Part shown: positions 38,438 to 47,890 of the stretch, in pieces
How positions within the stretch are numbered: position 1 is the stretch's first letter
How the letters are laid out: every line of letters begins with the position of its first letter
From: Candidatus Cloacimonadales bacterium
GTDB taxonomy: Bacteria; Cloacimonadota; Cloacimonadia; Cloacimonadales; JAFGVF01
Reading direction: 5' to 3'
Assembly (NCBI GenBank): GCA_963662585.1
Contig: OY759729.1
Coordinates: 12,317 to 76,316, forward strand
DNA: 64,000 bases
Notes under the pieces: generated by a model
Seen by the model: only the letters and a program-made list of their open reading frames with translations
What the model was told of the DNA's origin: nothing
The model's database searches: none
Position numbers and translations under genes: made by a program

Positions 38438-41296
38438 ATGAAGAAAATAATTCTAACACTACTAGTACTTTCAACCTACATTATAGGATTCTCTTTAGAT
38501 TATAAGATAGTGAAGTCAGAGACCGGACAAGAGATTTCATTTAATCAATTAATTCAAGAAATAAGATTAAATGATGTTGTGTTTTTTGGTGAACTTCATG
38601 ATGATTCTTTGCTTCATCAAATCAAGAGTGAAATGTTCCAGCAACTTACTAAAGTTGATTCAAATTTCGTTCTTGGTTTAGAGTCATTTGCTAAAAATGA
38701 TCAAGTAGCCTTAAATAGTTATCTAAATGGCGATTTTTCTTATGAGCAATTAGATGCAAACTCTAATCTGTGGTCAAATTATCAAGAAGCATATTCTGAA
38801 GTTGTAGATTATGCTAAAGATAATAATATAAAGGTACTAGCTACAAATACTCCAATTTATATTTCCGGATTAGTTGCTAGAGAGGGTTATATGGCTCTGA
38901 ATAAGTTATCTGAAAAAGAGAGAACTTATTATGCTCGTGAATTCAAACCTTTTGAAAATGATTATCGTAGAATGTTTTTGGAAGAAATGAAAAAGTTAAC
39001 CAAAGGAAGTAGCTCCCAGGTAAACAGTTTGATATTGGAGAGATTATACCAAGCTCAATCTCTTAAAGATGATACGATGGCTGAAACAATATTCGACTAT
39101 TTAGAAGATAATCATCATGCTAAAGTTTTCCATATTAATGGAAGTTTCCACTCCGACAACCACTACGGAGTTTTTCAAAAACTAGAATTATTGAATCCAA
39201 ACTTAAAAATATCATCTATATCTCCTGTTTATCTTCCTTCGGGAGAGGCTCTTGAGTGGGATTATACAATGTTTGGTCTTAGTGAATATATCATTATGTA
39301 TCACAGAGACCAAGAATCCTCTGTTGTTAATGATAAAGCTGATAAGAGTGAGTTTTTATCCATAGATAAACATACCATATCATTTATTTTTGAACCAAGT
39401 GCACAAGTCCTTACGGTTAATGATAAAATTACTTTCAATCAGACGATTAATAATGACAAGTTACTGATAAGTAAGGATATCAAAGATCTAAAGATTTATA
39501 AGGGAAAAGAGAGTGTAGATTTTAATCAGATTGACTATAATGATAAGTTCAATCAGATAGAAGTTAAAGCGTCTGCAAAAGATCTAGATTTTGTTTATAT
39601 ATATAAATACCAAGTAAATCAGGAAAGGCCCTTTCATTTTAACCTACAAGAATACATGTGGCATCCTATTGTTTCTCTAGGCGAAAAGTCTAATTTTGAA
39701 GTGAATGCCCTTGGTCCTAATAAAATGAAATTTATTGCTCCAGCTGAAGTTACTATTACTCCTATGAAGAAAGATGCAATCTATTATTCTTGGAAAAGTT
39801 TCGATAAAGAATATGGTTTTTCTATTATTGGAGATATATATTTCACTAAGAGTGTGGAAACAGATGATATCCTAATTACTCTTTATAGTTTCCAAGAGGA
39901 TTATTACCTTCTGGAGGATTATGCTTATTTTATTGAACAGTATTTTCATAACTATAAGCTATATTTCGGTGATTTTGGTTATGATTCCTTTTCTATAATC
40001 CAATCAGTAGATCATAACTATAAGTCTTTTGATAATATGTTATTAGTTAATAAAGAAGTTTTTAATACTCAAGATATTTTTATATCTCCAGGTGTACTAG
40101 GGCATGATCTCGCAAGAGTTTGGATTGATTCAAAATGCAGTTGGAGTCATCAAGGAGCAAATTGGCAAGAGATATTAGCTAATTTTGTTGCGAACTATTT
40201 ATGGCTAGAATTAAACAAACCTGAAGAGGCTTCTCTTTGGAGAAAAGCTGCTTTAGAAGACATTAGTGCTATGCCACGCGATGAAATTAAATCTCTTGAG
40301 GAATTTAGTTTTCCTAATAATAAATTTAGTGCTGTAAATGGCTATAAAATAGGTGGAATGCTTTTTTATTATATCTACAACAAAGTCGGTAAAAATGATT
40401 TTTTCGCAGTAATAGGAGATATTTTAAATAATAACAAAATGCTTTCAGGCGAAGAATTTTTTGATTTGCTCCAAGATAAGACAGGTGTAAAAGAATTTAG
40501 TAAACTCATGGAAGAAATCTACCCTGTTAGAGTCTTTATTCAAGAAGCTAGTGTAAAAGATGCTACTACAAAAGTTAAAATTATAAGTTCTCGAGGAGAT
40601 GAGAGTGATTTTGATTTAGATATTAAAATTACCAATAAAGATCAATTTGTACAAACATCTTATCATATAGATAAAAAAGAAACTATCTTAGAATTTGGTA
40701 TAGAAGCAACTGAAATCGCTATTGACCCTGATTATAAGCTATATCGTTATTTAGATAATAGTGAGAATATCTTTAATCTTAAACGAACATTCTTAGAAAA
40801 ACCACTTCTTATTGTTCCACAAGATAGTGAACAATTTCCTGATATATACAATGTTGGTAATCGGCTTAGGTCGAATGGGGTAACTATTGATATTATGCCT
40901 CTATCCTCTTTGAATGAATTTAGCTGGAAAGAAAAATCCATAATCTATATGGGCAAACATACTAATAATTCTTTGGTAAATACTTTGCAACCCTATTTAC
41001 CTCCATCATTCATATTAGGTAATAATAAATTTACTTATGAAGGAGTAGTATATGATCAAGAGAATTATTCCTTAATTATAAATACAAAAAACCCATTCGC
41101 TACTAACAAATCTATATCAATGTGGCTATGGAATAGTGATAAGAAAATCAGCAATATTCAGGCAATATTTAACTACACTGCCCCTTCTTGGGTAATATTA
41201 GAAGATAATGGAATTGGTTTTACAGAGATTGCTAAAGGTAATTTAGTTGATGAAAATCTATTCCCAACCAGAGTTAAGATAGAAAGAGGAAACTAA
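38438..41296 (+). CDS. ChaN-like domain fused to an M1-peptidase-like domain with degenerate zinc motif
   Basis: The N-terminal 290 aa are paralogous to the preceding gene (VVFFGELHDDSLLH, LKDDTMAETI, HINGSFHS). The central region has HDLAR-x-W...WQEILANF where M1 peptidases have HExxH...NEGFA. Confidence 0.5.
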   Translation: MKKIILTLLVLSTYIIGFSLDYKIVKSETGQEISFNQLIQEIRLNDVVFFGELHDDSLLHQIKSEMFQQLTKVDSNFVLGLESFAKNDQVALNSYLNGDFSYEQLDANSNLWSNYQEAYSEVVDYAKDNNIKVLATNTPIYISGLVAREGYMALNKLSEKERTYYAREFKPFENDYRRMFLEEMKKLTKGSSSQVNSLILERLYQAQSLKDDTMAETIFDYLEDNHHAKVFHINGSFHSDNHYGVFQKLELLNPNLKISSISPVYLPSGEALEWDYTMFGLSEYIIMYHRDQESSVVNDKADKSEFLSIDKHTISFIFEPSAQVLTVNDKITFNQTINNDKLLISKDIKDLKIYKGKESVDFNQIDYNDKFNQIEVKASAKDLDFVYIYKYQVNQERPFHFNLQEYMWHPIVSLGEKSNFEVNALGPNKMKFIAPAEVTITPMKKDAIYYSWKSFDKEYGFSIIGDIYFTKSVETDDILITLYSFQEDYYLLEDYAYFIEQYFHNYKLYFGDFGYDSFSIIQSVDHNYKSFDNMLLVNKEVFNTQDIFISPGVLGHDLARVWIDSKCSWSHQGANWQEILANFVANYLWLELNKPEEASLWRKAALEDISAMPRDEIKSLEEFSFPNNKFSAVNGYKIGGMLFYYIYNKVGKNDFFAVIGDILNNNKMLSGEEFFDLLQDKTGVKEFSKLMEEIYPVRVFIQEASVKDATTKVKIISSRGDESDFDLDIKITNKDQFVQTSYHIDKKETILEFGIEATEIAIDPDYKLYRYLDNSENIFNLKRTFLEKPLLIVPQDSEQFPDIYNVGNRLRSNGVTIDIMPLSSLNEFSWKEKSIIYMGKHTNNSLVNTLQPYLPPSFILGNNKFTYEGVVYDQENYSLIINTKNPFATNKSISMWLWNSDKKISNIQAIFNYTAPSWVILEDNGIGFTEIAKGNLVDENLFPTRVKIERGN

Positions 41297-42225
41297 TGAA
41301 TACGAATAAGAACCATTTACCTGAATTAGAATATTCTTTTGAAGTAAGAAAGGCTATTGATAATAATGAGCCTATTCTTGTGTTAGAATCTACTATAATC
41401 ACTCACGGAATGCCCTATCCTGAAAACTATCAAACAGCTCAGATGCTAGAGAATATTTGTAGGGACAATGGTGTTACTCCGGCGACGATAGCTCTCATTG
41501 AGGGTAAAATCCACATTGGACTTAATGATTCAGATTTAAAGATATTAAGTAACTTGAAGACAAAAGTCGAAAAAGTCTCTATTCGCGATATAAGTTATTG
41601 CTTAGCGCAAGGTAAAAGTGGAGGAACCACTGTAGCAGCAACATCTTTCTTAGCCAGCTTAGCAGGCTTAGAAGTTTTTGCCACTGGTGGAATAGGCGGG
41701 GTTCATCGAGGCGTAGTCAATTCTTGGGATATTTCTGCAGATTTGCAATCTTTAAAGAATAATCCTGTGATTGTTATTTCAGCTGGAGCCAAAGCCATTC
41801 TAGATATTTCCAAAACTTTAGAAGTTTTAGATAGTTATTCGGTACCTGTCATGGGATATAAAACAGATGATTTCCCAGCTTTTTATAGTTGCACAAGTGG
41901 TAACAAAGTAAGAAGAATAGATTCTGCTGTGGAAATTGCTAGCATCTGGAAGAAACAAAGAGATTTAGGATTTTCTACTGGCTTCCTCATTGCTAATCCA
42001 ATACCTCAAGAATATGAAATACCTGCTGAGATGATAGAAGAACAGATACTTCTAGCTTTGCAAGAAGTATCCGATTTAAATATTAGTGGCAAGGAAATTA
42101 CTCCTTTTTTATTGCAAAGATTATATGAACTTACTGAAGGAGACTCTTTATCTACAAATATTGAGTTAGTGAAAAACAATGTAAGATTGGGATGTGAAAT
42201 TGCCAAAGAGTTGAAAGAAATATGA
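41296..42225 (+). CDS. psuG: pseudouridine-5'-phosphate glycosidase
   Basis: ESTIITHGMPYPEN, GGTTVAAT and TGGIGGVHRG motifs. 309 aa. Confidence 0.9.
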   Translation: MNTNKNHLPELEYSFEVRKAIDNNEPILVLESTIITHGMPYPENYQTAQMLENICRDNGVTPATIALIEGKIHIGLNDSDLKILSNLKTKVEKVSIRDISYCLAQGKSGGTTVAATSFLASLAGLEVFATGGIGGVHRGVVNSWDISADLQSLKNNPVIVISAGAKAILDISKTLEVLDSYSVPVMGYKTDDFPAFYSCTSGNKVRRIDSAVEIASIWKKQRDLGFSTGFLIANPIPQEYEIPAEMIEEQILLALQEVSDLNISGKEITPFLLQRLYELTEGDSLSTNIELVKNNVRLGCEIAKELKEI

Positions 42226-44207
42226 AAGTAGCTTTTTATGTAACTTCCCATGGCTTTGGTCACGCTAGTAGAATAGCTGCACTTGTTACTGAGTTTATTA
42301 AATTCGGTTGTGATTGTTATATTATAACCGATCGGCCCAAATTTCTCTTCCCCAAGGAGAATAGTTTCTGCCACATTATTCAGCGAAAAACAGATACAGG
42401 AATGATTCAAGATACTTGGAAAATACCTTCAGTGAATAAAACATTTTCCCAATTAATAGAGTTTTGGGATAATAGAGAAGAGTTGATTAAGCAAGAGACA
42501 CTTTTTTTGCAAGAGAAGAATATTGGTTTAGTTATTGTTGATGTTCCCTATTTACCTATACTATCAGCTAAAAGTTTGGGACTTCTAGTCTATGCAATAA
42601 CTAATTTCGACTGGTATTTTAACTATGTTGAAATTGTTGATGATAGTACAGATTCAAAGATAGTAGATATCCTTGCGGAAATATATTCCATCTATCAATC
42701 TTGCGATAAATCATATATCCTACCTTTTTCCAATGCTAAAAGTGTTCAGGCTTTGCCAAATCAACTTCAATGTGGAAATTTGGCCAAGTATTCTAAACCA
42801 AACAAAAAAGCTATCTGCCAAGAGTTTAAGATAGATTCTTCAAAAAAGTTAGCTTTAATTACTTTTGGCGGAATAATGTCTGATATATCTTATTTTAATA
42901 ATCTAACTGCTCGCCAGGATTATATTTTTCTAACAAATTCTCCTATAGGCCAAGCTGATAATGTAATTTTGCTTCCTCGCGATTATGATTACTCTTTGTT
43001 AATCTCATCCTGCGATGTAGTTATTACTAAAGTAGGATATAGCACTTTAGCAGAAACTTGTGCCGCTGGTACTTATCTATGCTATGCTACTCGTGATAAT
43101 TTTCCAGAAGATGAACCTCTAGTTGCTGAGCTTGCTAATTATCCTCATTGTCAGCATTTTAAGTTACTAGATGATTCTATTGATATTGATTTACCTACTG
43201 GTGAGATTAAGAAGTTTAAAAGTGATAGGTTTGCCTTAAAGAATAAAGATATTGCTCTAGATATGATAAGTTCTTTTATAAGTCATAATAACTCAAAATT
43301 AAATTGTATAATCGATTTCGGTACTAATAATAGTACTCTCTTAATCTATTCAGAAAACTCTCAAGATTTTGAACCTGTCTTCTATGATATTCGTATAACT
43401 GGTATTGGTCTGAATTTAAAAGATGGACTGATACATAAGAACTCTCTAGCAAAAGCCAAACAAGAGTTATCTATTCAGTTAGATTTATGTAGAGAATTAA
43501 AGATAATACCAAAAATACTAGTTACTAATATTGGTAGAATTGGAATAAATTTTAATTCATTTCAAGAAAACATAGATTCTCTTTATCAAGTTGATTGGGA
43601 AATAATTACTGCAGAGAGAGAAGCCAAGCTCGGAGTAGATTCTTCTCTCTACTGGAATCCTAATACAGAAAAATTCTATAATGTTGATATCGGCGGATCA
43701 AGTACAGAATTAACTCTTGTTAAAGGTAAAAAGATTGTTCAGTATATTAGTATGCCTTGTGGTATTTTAACTTATTACCATCAATTTAGAGATTCTCGCC
43801 TTAATTTTGAGCAGATGTCTGAGATAATCCAACAGGATCTTGAAAATGAACTTAGTATCTGTGATTTCCCTGTTAAAGAGACTACTTTCTTTTATGGAAT
43901 AGGTAAAGTTTTCCAGAATCTAACCTGTATTTATGAAGGGAAGAATAATTATGAGCAATTCTCAGAAATTAAGTATTTCGATTTACAAGACTTTATGTTT
44001 AACCTACACGATTTGATTATTCATAAATCTAAGTATAACTACCATGATTATAATGGTAAAAAATTAAATGAAACGATATTCTACATTTCGCTAGCAATTC
44101 TTCAAGCCCTAAATAATATACTAGATACACAAAAATTAGTAGTTAATCCTTGGGGAATTGAATTTGGATACTTATTAGAAAAAAGGAGTAATAATTATGA
44201 AATATGA
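42222..44207 (+). CDS. fusion protein: glycosyltransferase-fold-like N-domain plus Ppx/GppA (ASKHA) like C-domain
   Basis: The N-terminal VTSHGFGHASR resembles the GT-like domain seen, for example, at the N-terminus of plant L-arabinokinase. The C-terminal IIDFGTNNSTLL and VDIGGSSTEL are ASKHA phosphate-1/2 type motifs. Confidence 0.4.
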   Translation: MKVAFYVTSHGFGHASRIAALVTEFIKFGCDCYIITDRPKFLFPKENSFCHIIQRKTDTGMIQDTWKIPSVNKTFSQLIEFWDNREELIKQETLFLQEKNIGLVIVDVPYLPILSAKSLGLLVYAITNFDWYFNYVEIVDDSTDSKIVDILAEIYSIYQSCDKSYILPFSNAKSVQALPNQLQCGNLAKYSKPNKKAICQEFKIDSSKKLALITFGGIMSDISYFNNLTARQDYIFLTNSPIGQADNVILLPRDYDYSLLISSCDVVITKVGYSTLAETCAAGTYLCYATRDNFPEDEPLVAELANYPHCQHFKLLDDSIDIDLPTGEIKKFKSDRFALKNKDIALDMISSFISHNNSKLNCIIDFGTNNSTLLIYSENSQDFEPVFYDIRITGIGLNLKDGLIHKNSLAKAKQELSIQLDLCRELKIIPKILVTNIGRIGINFNSFQENIDSLYQVDWEIITAEREAKLGVDSSLYWNPNTEKFYNVDIGGSSTELTLVKGKKIVQYISMPCGILTYYHQFRDSRLNFEQMSEIIQQDLENELSICDFPVKETTFFYGIGKVFQNLTCIYEGKNNYEQFSEIKYFDLQDFMFNLHDLIIHKSKYNYHDYNGKKLNETIFYISLAILQALNNILDTQKLVVNPWGIEFGYLLEKRSNNYEI

Positions 44208-45363
44208 TTTTGATAAAATATATGATAGAAAAGATTCAGGTTGCTTTAAATACGACGCCATGAAGATAATGTATGGTAGAGATGACCTCCTTGCACTTTG
44301 GGTTGCTGATATGGATTTCTCTATCGCCCCAGAAATTATGAATCAGATAAAAGCAAGACTGGAACATCCTATTTTTGGATACAACTTTAAGAAAACTGAC
44401 CATTTCGATAGTTTTATAAAATATGTGGCTAAAAGACATAAGTGGGACTTAGATTCAAGCTGGTTTCAAATGAGTCCAGGTATTGTACCTGCAATAAATT
44501 TTATGGTCAAGATTTTCACTGAGCTAGGGGATAAGATTCTTATTCAACAACCTGTTTATGCTCCTTTTAAAGAGGCAGTAGTTGCCCATGATAGACGATT
44601 ATTGGTTAATAATTTAATTGAAGATAAGGGACTATATACCATTGATTTTGAAGACTTAGAAAATAAAATAGCTAAAAGTAAAATCTTTATCTTCTGTTCT
44701 CCTCATAACCCAGTTGGCAGAGTTTGGACTAAAGATGAGCTACTAAAAATAGGTAGAATGTGTAAAAAACATAATACTCTTATTTTTGCTGATGAAATCC
44801 ATAATGACCTAATTTACCCAGGAGCTCAACATATACCAATTGCATCCTTGGAAGATTTTTCAGATTTCACTATTACGATGATGTCTCCAGCTAAAACTTA
44901 TAATATAGCTGGTCTCCAGTCTTCAGTAATAATTTGTCCAAATAGTACTTTGTTTGAACAGATTAGAAAATATCTCTTTGATATTCATGTTTATGGCTCC
45001 AATGCTATCGGAACTATTGCTTTTAGAGCTGCTTACGAGTATGGTGAAGAGTGGTTAGAAGAACTTCTCGTATATTTGCAAGAGAATCGAGACTATCTCT
45101 ATGATAGAATTTCTAAGATGAAAGGTGTAAGTATGCAAAAACCTGAAGCTACTTATTTAGCTTGGTTAGATTTTAAAGAATTAAATCTAGACGACAAAGA
45201 ATTAGCAGATTTCTGTAAGAATAAAGCAAAGTTAGCATTGAATGCTGGTGCATCTTTTGGAAGAAAAGGTTCTGGATTTATGAGATTAAACTTCGGTTGT
45301 CCTCGTTCGATTTTGGTTCAGGCAATGGATAACTTAGAAAAAGCTTTAAAGGAGTTATCATAA
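44197..45363 (+). CDS. MalY/PatB-type PLP-dependent C-S lyase (class I/II aminotransferase fold)
   Basis: YDRKDSGCFKYD N-terminal signature; SPHNPVGRVW; SPAKTYNIAG (PLP lysine). Confidence 0.75.
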   Translation: MKYDFDKIYDRKDSGCFKYDAMKIMYGRDDLLALWVADMDFSIAPEIMNQIKARLEHPIFGYNFKKTDHFDSFIKYVAKRHKWDLDSSWFQMSPGIVPAINFMVKIFTELGDKILIQQPVYAPFKEAVVAHDRRLLVNNLIEDKGLYTIDFEDLENKIAKSKIFIFCSPHNPVGRVWTKDELLKIGRMCKKHNTLIFADEIHNDLIYPGAQHIPIASLEDFSDFTITMMSPAKTYNIAGLQSSVIICPNSTLFEQIRKYLFDIHVYGSNAIGTIAFRAAYEYGEEWLEELLVYLQENRDYLYDRISKMKGVSMQKPEATYLAWLDFKELNLDDKELADFCKNKAKLALNAGASFGRKGSGFMRLNFGCPRSILVQAMDNLEKALKELS

Positions 45364-45364
45364 T

Positions 45365-46171
45365 ATGTTGAAAGAAAGAATATTACAAGCTTATGAAGAT
45401 AAAAGCTATGATAGGGAAGAGGCACTTGAGATTTTTACAGAATTTCTTAACTTGCTAAACACAGGAAAAATTAGAGCTGCTGAAAAAATAGATTTAAAAT
45501 GGACTGTTAATGAATGGGTTAAGAAAGGTATTCTCCTTGGCTTTAGACTTGGAAATATCATAGATATGCCTTATTCTAACCATAAGAATTTTACAGATAA
45601 AAGTACTTATCCTGAAAAGCAGATTTACTCTGGGTCAGGTATTAGAATTGTCCCAGGAGGTTCTTCAGTAAGAACAGGCTCTTATATTGCCCAAGGTGTA
45701 ACTATGATGCCTCCTGCTTATGTGAATGTAGGAGCTTTCGTAGATAGTGGTTCAATGATTGATTCCCATGCTTTAGTAGGTTCTTGTGCTCAGATTGGCA
45801 AGAATGTGCATCTATCTGCTGGAGCGATGATTGGTGGTGTTTTAGAACCTATTAATGCAACTCCAGTCATTATAGAAGACAAGGCTTTTATCGGTGGGAA
45901 TAGTGGCTTATACGAAGGTGTCTTAGTTCAGGAAAGAGCTATTATTGCTCCTGGTACCATAATTACCAAAGGAACTCCTGTTTTTGACGCTGTGAATGAT
46001 AGATTTTTAGACTTTGAAAATTCCCCTATCATCCCAGCGAACGCTGTTGTGGTTCCAGGTAGTAGACCCTTAAAATCAAATCCAAACTTCCAACTCTACT
46101 GTCCTATTATTGTTAAATATCGTGACGAAAAGAGTTCAGCATCTGTGGAATTAGAAAACTTACTCAGATAG
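45365..46171 (+). CDS. dapD: 2,3,4,5-tetrahydropyridine-2,6-dicarboxylate N-succinyltransferase
   Basis: Collinear with E. coli DapD: RAAEKID..W.VNEWVKK, VNVGAFVD, VGSCAQIGKNVHLS.G..IGGVLEP. Confidence 0.9.
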   Translation: MLKERILQAYEDKSYDREEALEIFTEFLNLLNTGKIRAAEKIDLKWTVNEWVKKGILLGFRLGNIIDMPYSNHKNFTDKSTYPEKQIYSGSGIRIVPGGSSVRTGSYIAQGVTMMPPAYVNVGAFVDSGSMIDSHALVGSCAQIGKNVHLSAGAMIGGVLEPINATPVIIEDKAFIGGNSGLYEGVLVQERAIIAPGTIITKGTPVFDAVNDRFLDFENSPIIPANAVVVPGSRPLKSNPNFQLYCPIIVKYRDEKSSASVELENLLR

Positions 46172-46183
46172 AATAGAGGTTTA

Positions 46184-47251
46184 ATGAAAAAATCGATTAT
46201 TAGACAGATTTTTGACTCAGCTCAAGCAGATTCCATCAATCTTGGCCTAGGAGAATTGCAATTTCCTATGCCAGAATACTTGCATAGTGAGGCCGTAAAA
46301 GTTCTTTTTGAAGAGAATATTCGTTATACTCCTAATGCAGGACTGTTAAATTCTCGCCATGCTATTGCTGGACAATACAAGCAGGCATCCTATGAACAAG
46401 TAGTTATAACAAATGGGGCTCAAGAAGCACTCTTTGCTACTTTTAAAACTCTTCTTATCCCTGGTGACGAGATACTTCTTCCTGATCCCGGATTTAGTGC
46501 TTATGAATCTATAGCAAGAATGCTAGGAGCTGTTCCGAAGTTCTATCATCTAGACGAGAGAAGAAATTTTGCTTTAGATAACGATTCACTTTTTTCCCAA
46601 ATTACTCCTAAAACAAAAGCTATCCTTATTAATACCCCAGGAAACCCAACAAGTATTGCTTTAACAGAAAATGAACTTAATGTTATAGCAAATTGCTGTA
46701 GAATTAATGATTTATACTTAATATCTGATGAAATATATAGAGATCTTTACTTAGAAAAGCTAGCCAACAGTGCCTGGGATTTTTATCAAAAGACTATTAT
46801 TATCTCTGGTCTTTCAAAATCCCACTGTATGACAGGTTGGAGAATTGGTTGGGTTCTTGCCCCTTTAGAAATTGCTCAAGAAATTACTGTTACCCACCAA
46901 TATATCTCTACTTGCGCTAATTATATAGGTCAACGACTCTGCGAATATGCTTTCACAGATCAAGCAAGGCAATTCCAGAGAGAGTTAAGAGCTAAATTAA
47001 GAGTAAACTATCGAACTTTGCAAGATATTCTATCTAATACTATTATTAATAGATCCGATTCTGCTCCTTATTTCTTCATTAACATTCATAAAGATGGTTT
47101 TGAATTTGCCAAGAAAATGCTAGACTATAAAGTAATAGTTATCCCAGGAATAGCTTTCTCTAAACACTTAACTAACTGGATAAGAATATCTTTTGCTCTA
47201 CCTGAAGAGCAACTAATAGTAGGAGCAGAGATACTCAGCAAGTATCTTTAG
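46184..47251 (+). CDS. class I/II PLP aminotransferase (possibly the succinyl-DAP aminotransferase partner of dapD)
   Basis: NTPGNPT; SGLSKSHCMTGWRIGW (PLP lysine). Substrate is inferred from context only. Confidence 0.6.
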   Translation: MKKSIIRQIFDSAQADSINLGLGELQFPMPEYLHSEAVKVLFEENIRYTPNAGLLNSRHAIAGQYKQASYEQVVITNGAQEALFATFKTLLIPGDEILLPDPGFSAYESIARMLGAVPKFYHLDERRNFALDNDSLFSQITPKTKAILINTPGNPTSIALTENELNVIANCCRINDLYLISDEIYRDLYLEKLANSAWDFYQKTIIISGLSKSHCMTGWRIGWVLAPLEIAQEITVTHQYISTCANYIGQRLCEYAFTDQARQFQRELRAKLRVNYRTLQDILSNTIINRSDSAPYFFINIHKDGFEFAKKMLDYKVIVIPGIAFSKHLTNWIRISFALPEEQLIVGAEILSKYL

Positions 47252-47531
47252 TTTATATTTTGTTTGAAGATCCCCTGGTCTTCCTTTGCTCCCTTACTGG
47301 CAACTCAATTTAATTTTGGAATTTACTTGAGATTAGTGAGATGGAGAAGAGGAAAAGCATTGAGGAAGCATTTGGAAAGCACTAACTAAGAATATGTGCA
47401 ATAATAATTTAACTGGACTCTCGGAAGAACTTTTTTAAAGCTTTTTTGATATCTGCTAGCTTGCTAAGGATTTATAGAAGTTAACTCCCTTAGCGCAATG
47501 AGCATTAATTAACTAAATCAAGATTAATTTC

Positions 47532-47560
47532 TTGACATAAAACAAGTAATTTATTTTAAT
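47532..47560 (+). promoter_or_regulatory. putative sigma70-type promoter (SpoVG-like/hflX operon)
   Basis: TTGACA, 17-nt spacer, TTTAAT. Confidence 0.35.
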
Positions 47561-47596
47561 ATATTAGAAAAAATATACAGGTTATAGGTGAGAAAA

Positions 47597-47890
47597 ATGA
47601 TTATAAAATTTAGAGATGTCTCTCAAGGTGTTGTCCTAGCTCGTGCAGTTGTTGAAATAGTCCCTGGAGTCTATATTAATGAAATAACAGTTTTAAATGA
47701 CACTGCAAATGATGATATAAGAATAGAATTTCCTACAAAAAGTTTTAAAGGAAAAGATGGCAGAGCACACCACATGAACATAATTATGTTCGCAACAGAA
47801 GATAAAAAGACTCTTTTTGAAATTGATATCAAAGAGGCTTATAGAGCATGGAGGCATGACACTAAAAAAGTATTAGTCTATGAATCTTAG
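47597..47890 (+). CDS. SpoVG-like small nucleic-acid-binding protein
   Basis: The ORF track starts at GTG 47588. ATG 47597 has an AGGTGAG SD 5 nt upstream. The layout M-IIKFRDV...ARAVVEI...INEITVL...FPTK resembles SpoVG (MEVTDVR..A.ASIT...VHDIRVI..AMPS). Weak similarity, read by eye. Confidence 0.4.
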   Translation: MIIKFRDVSQGVVLARAVVEIVPGVYINEITVLNDTANDDIRIEFPTKSFKGKDGRAHHMNIIMFATEDKKTLFEIDIKEAYRAWRHDTKKVLVYES

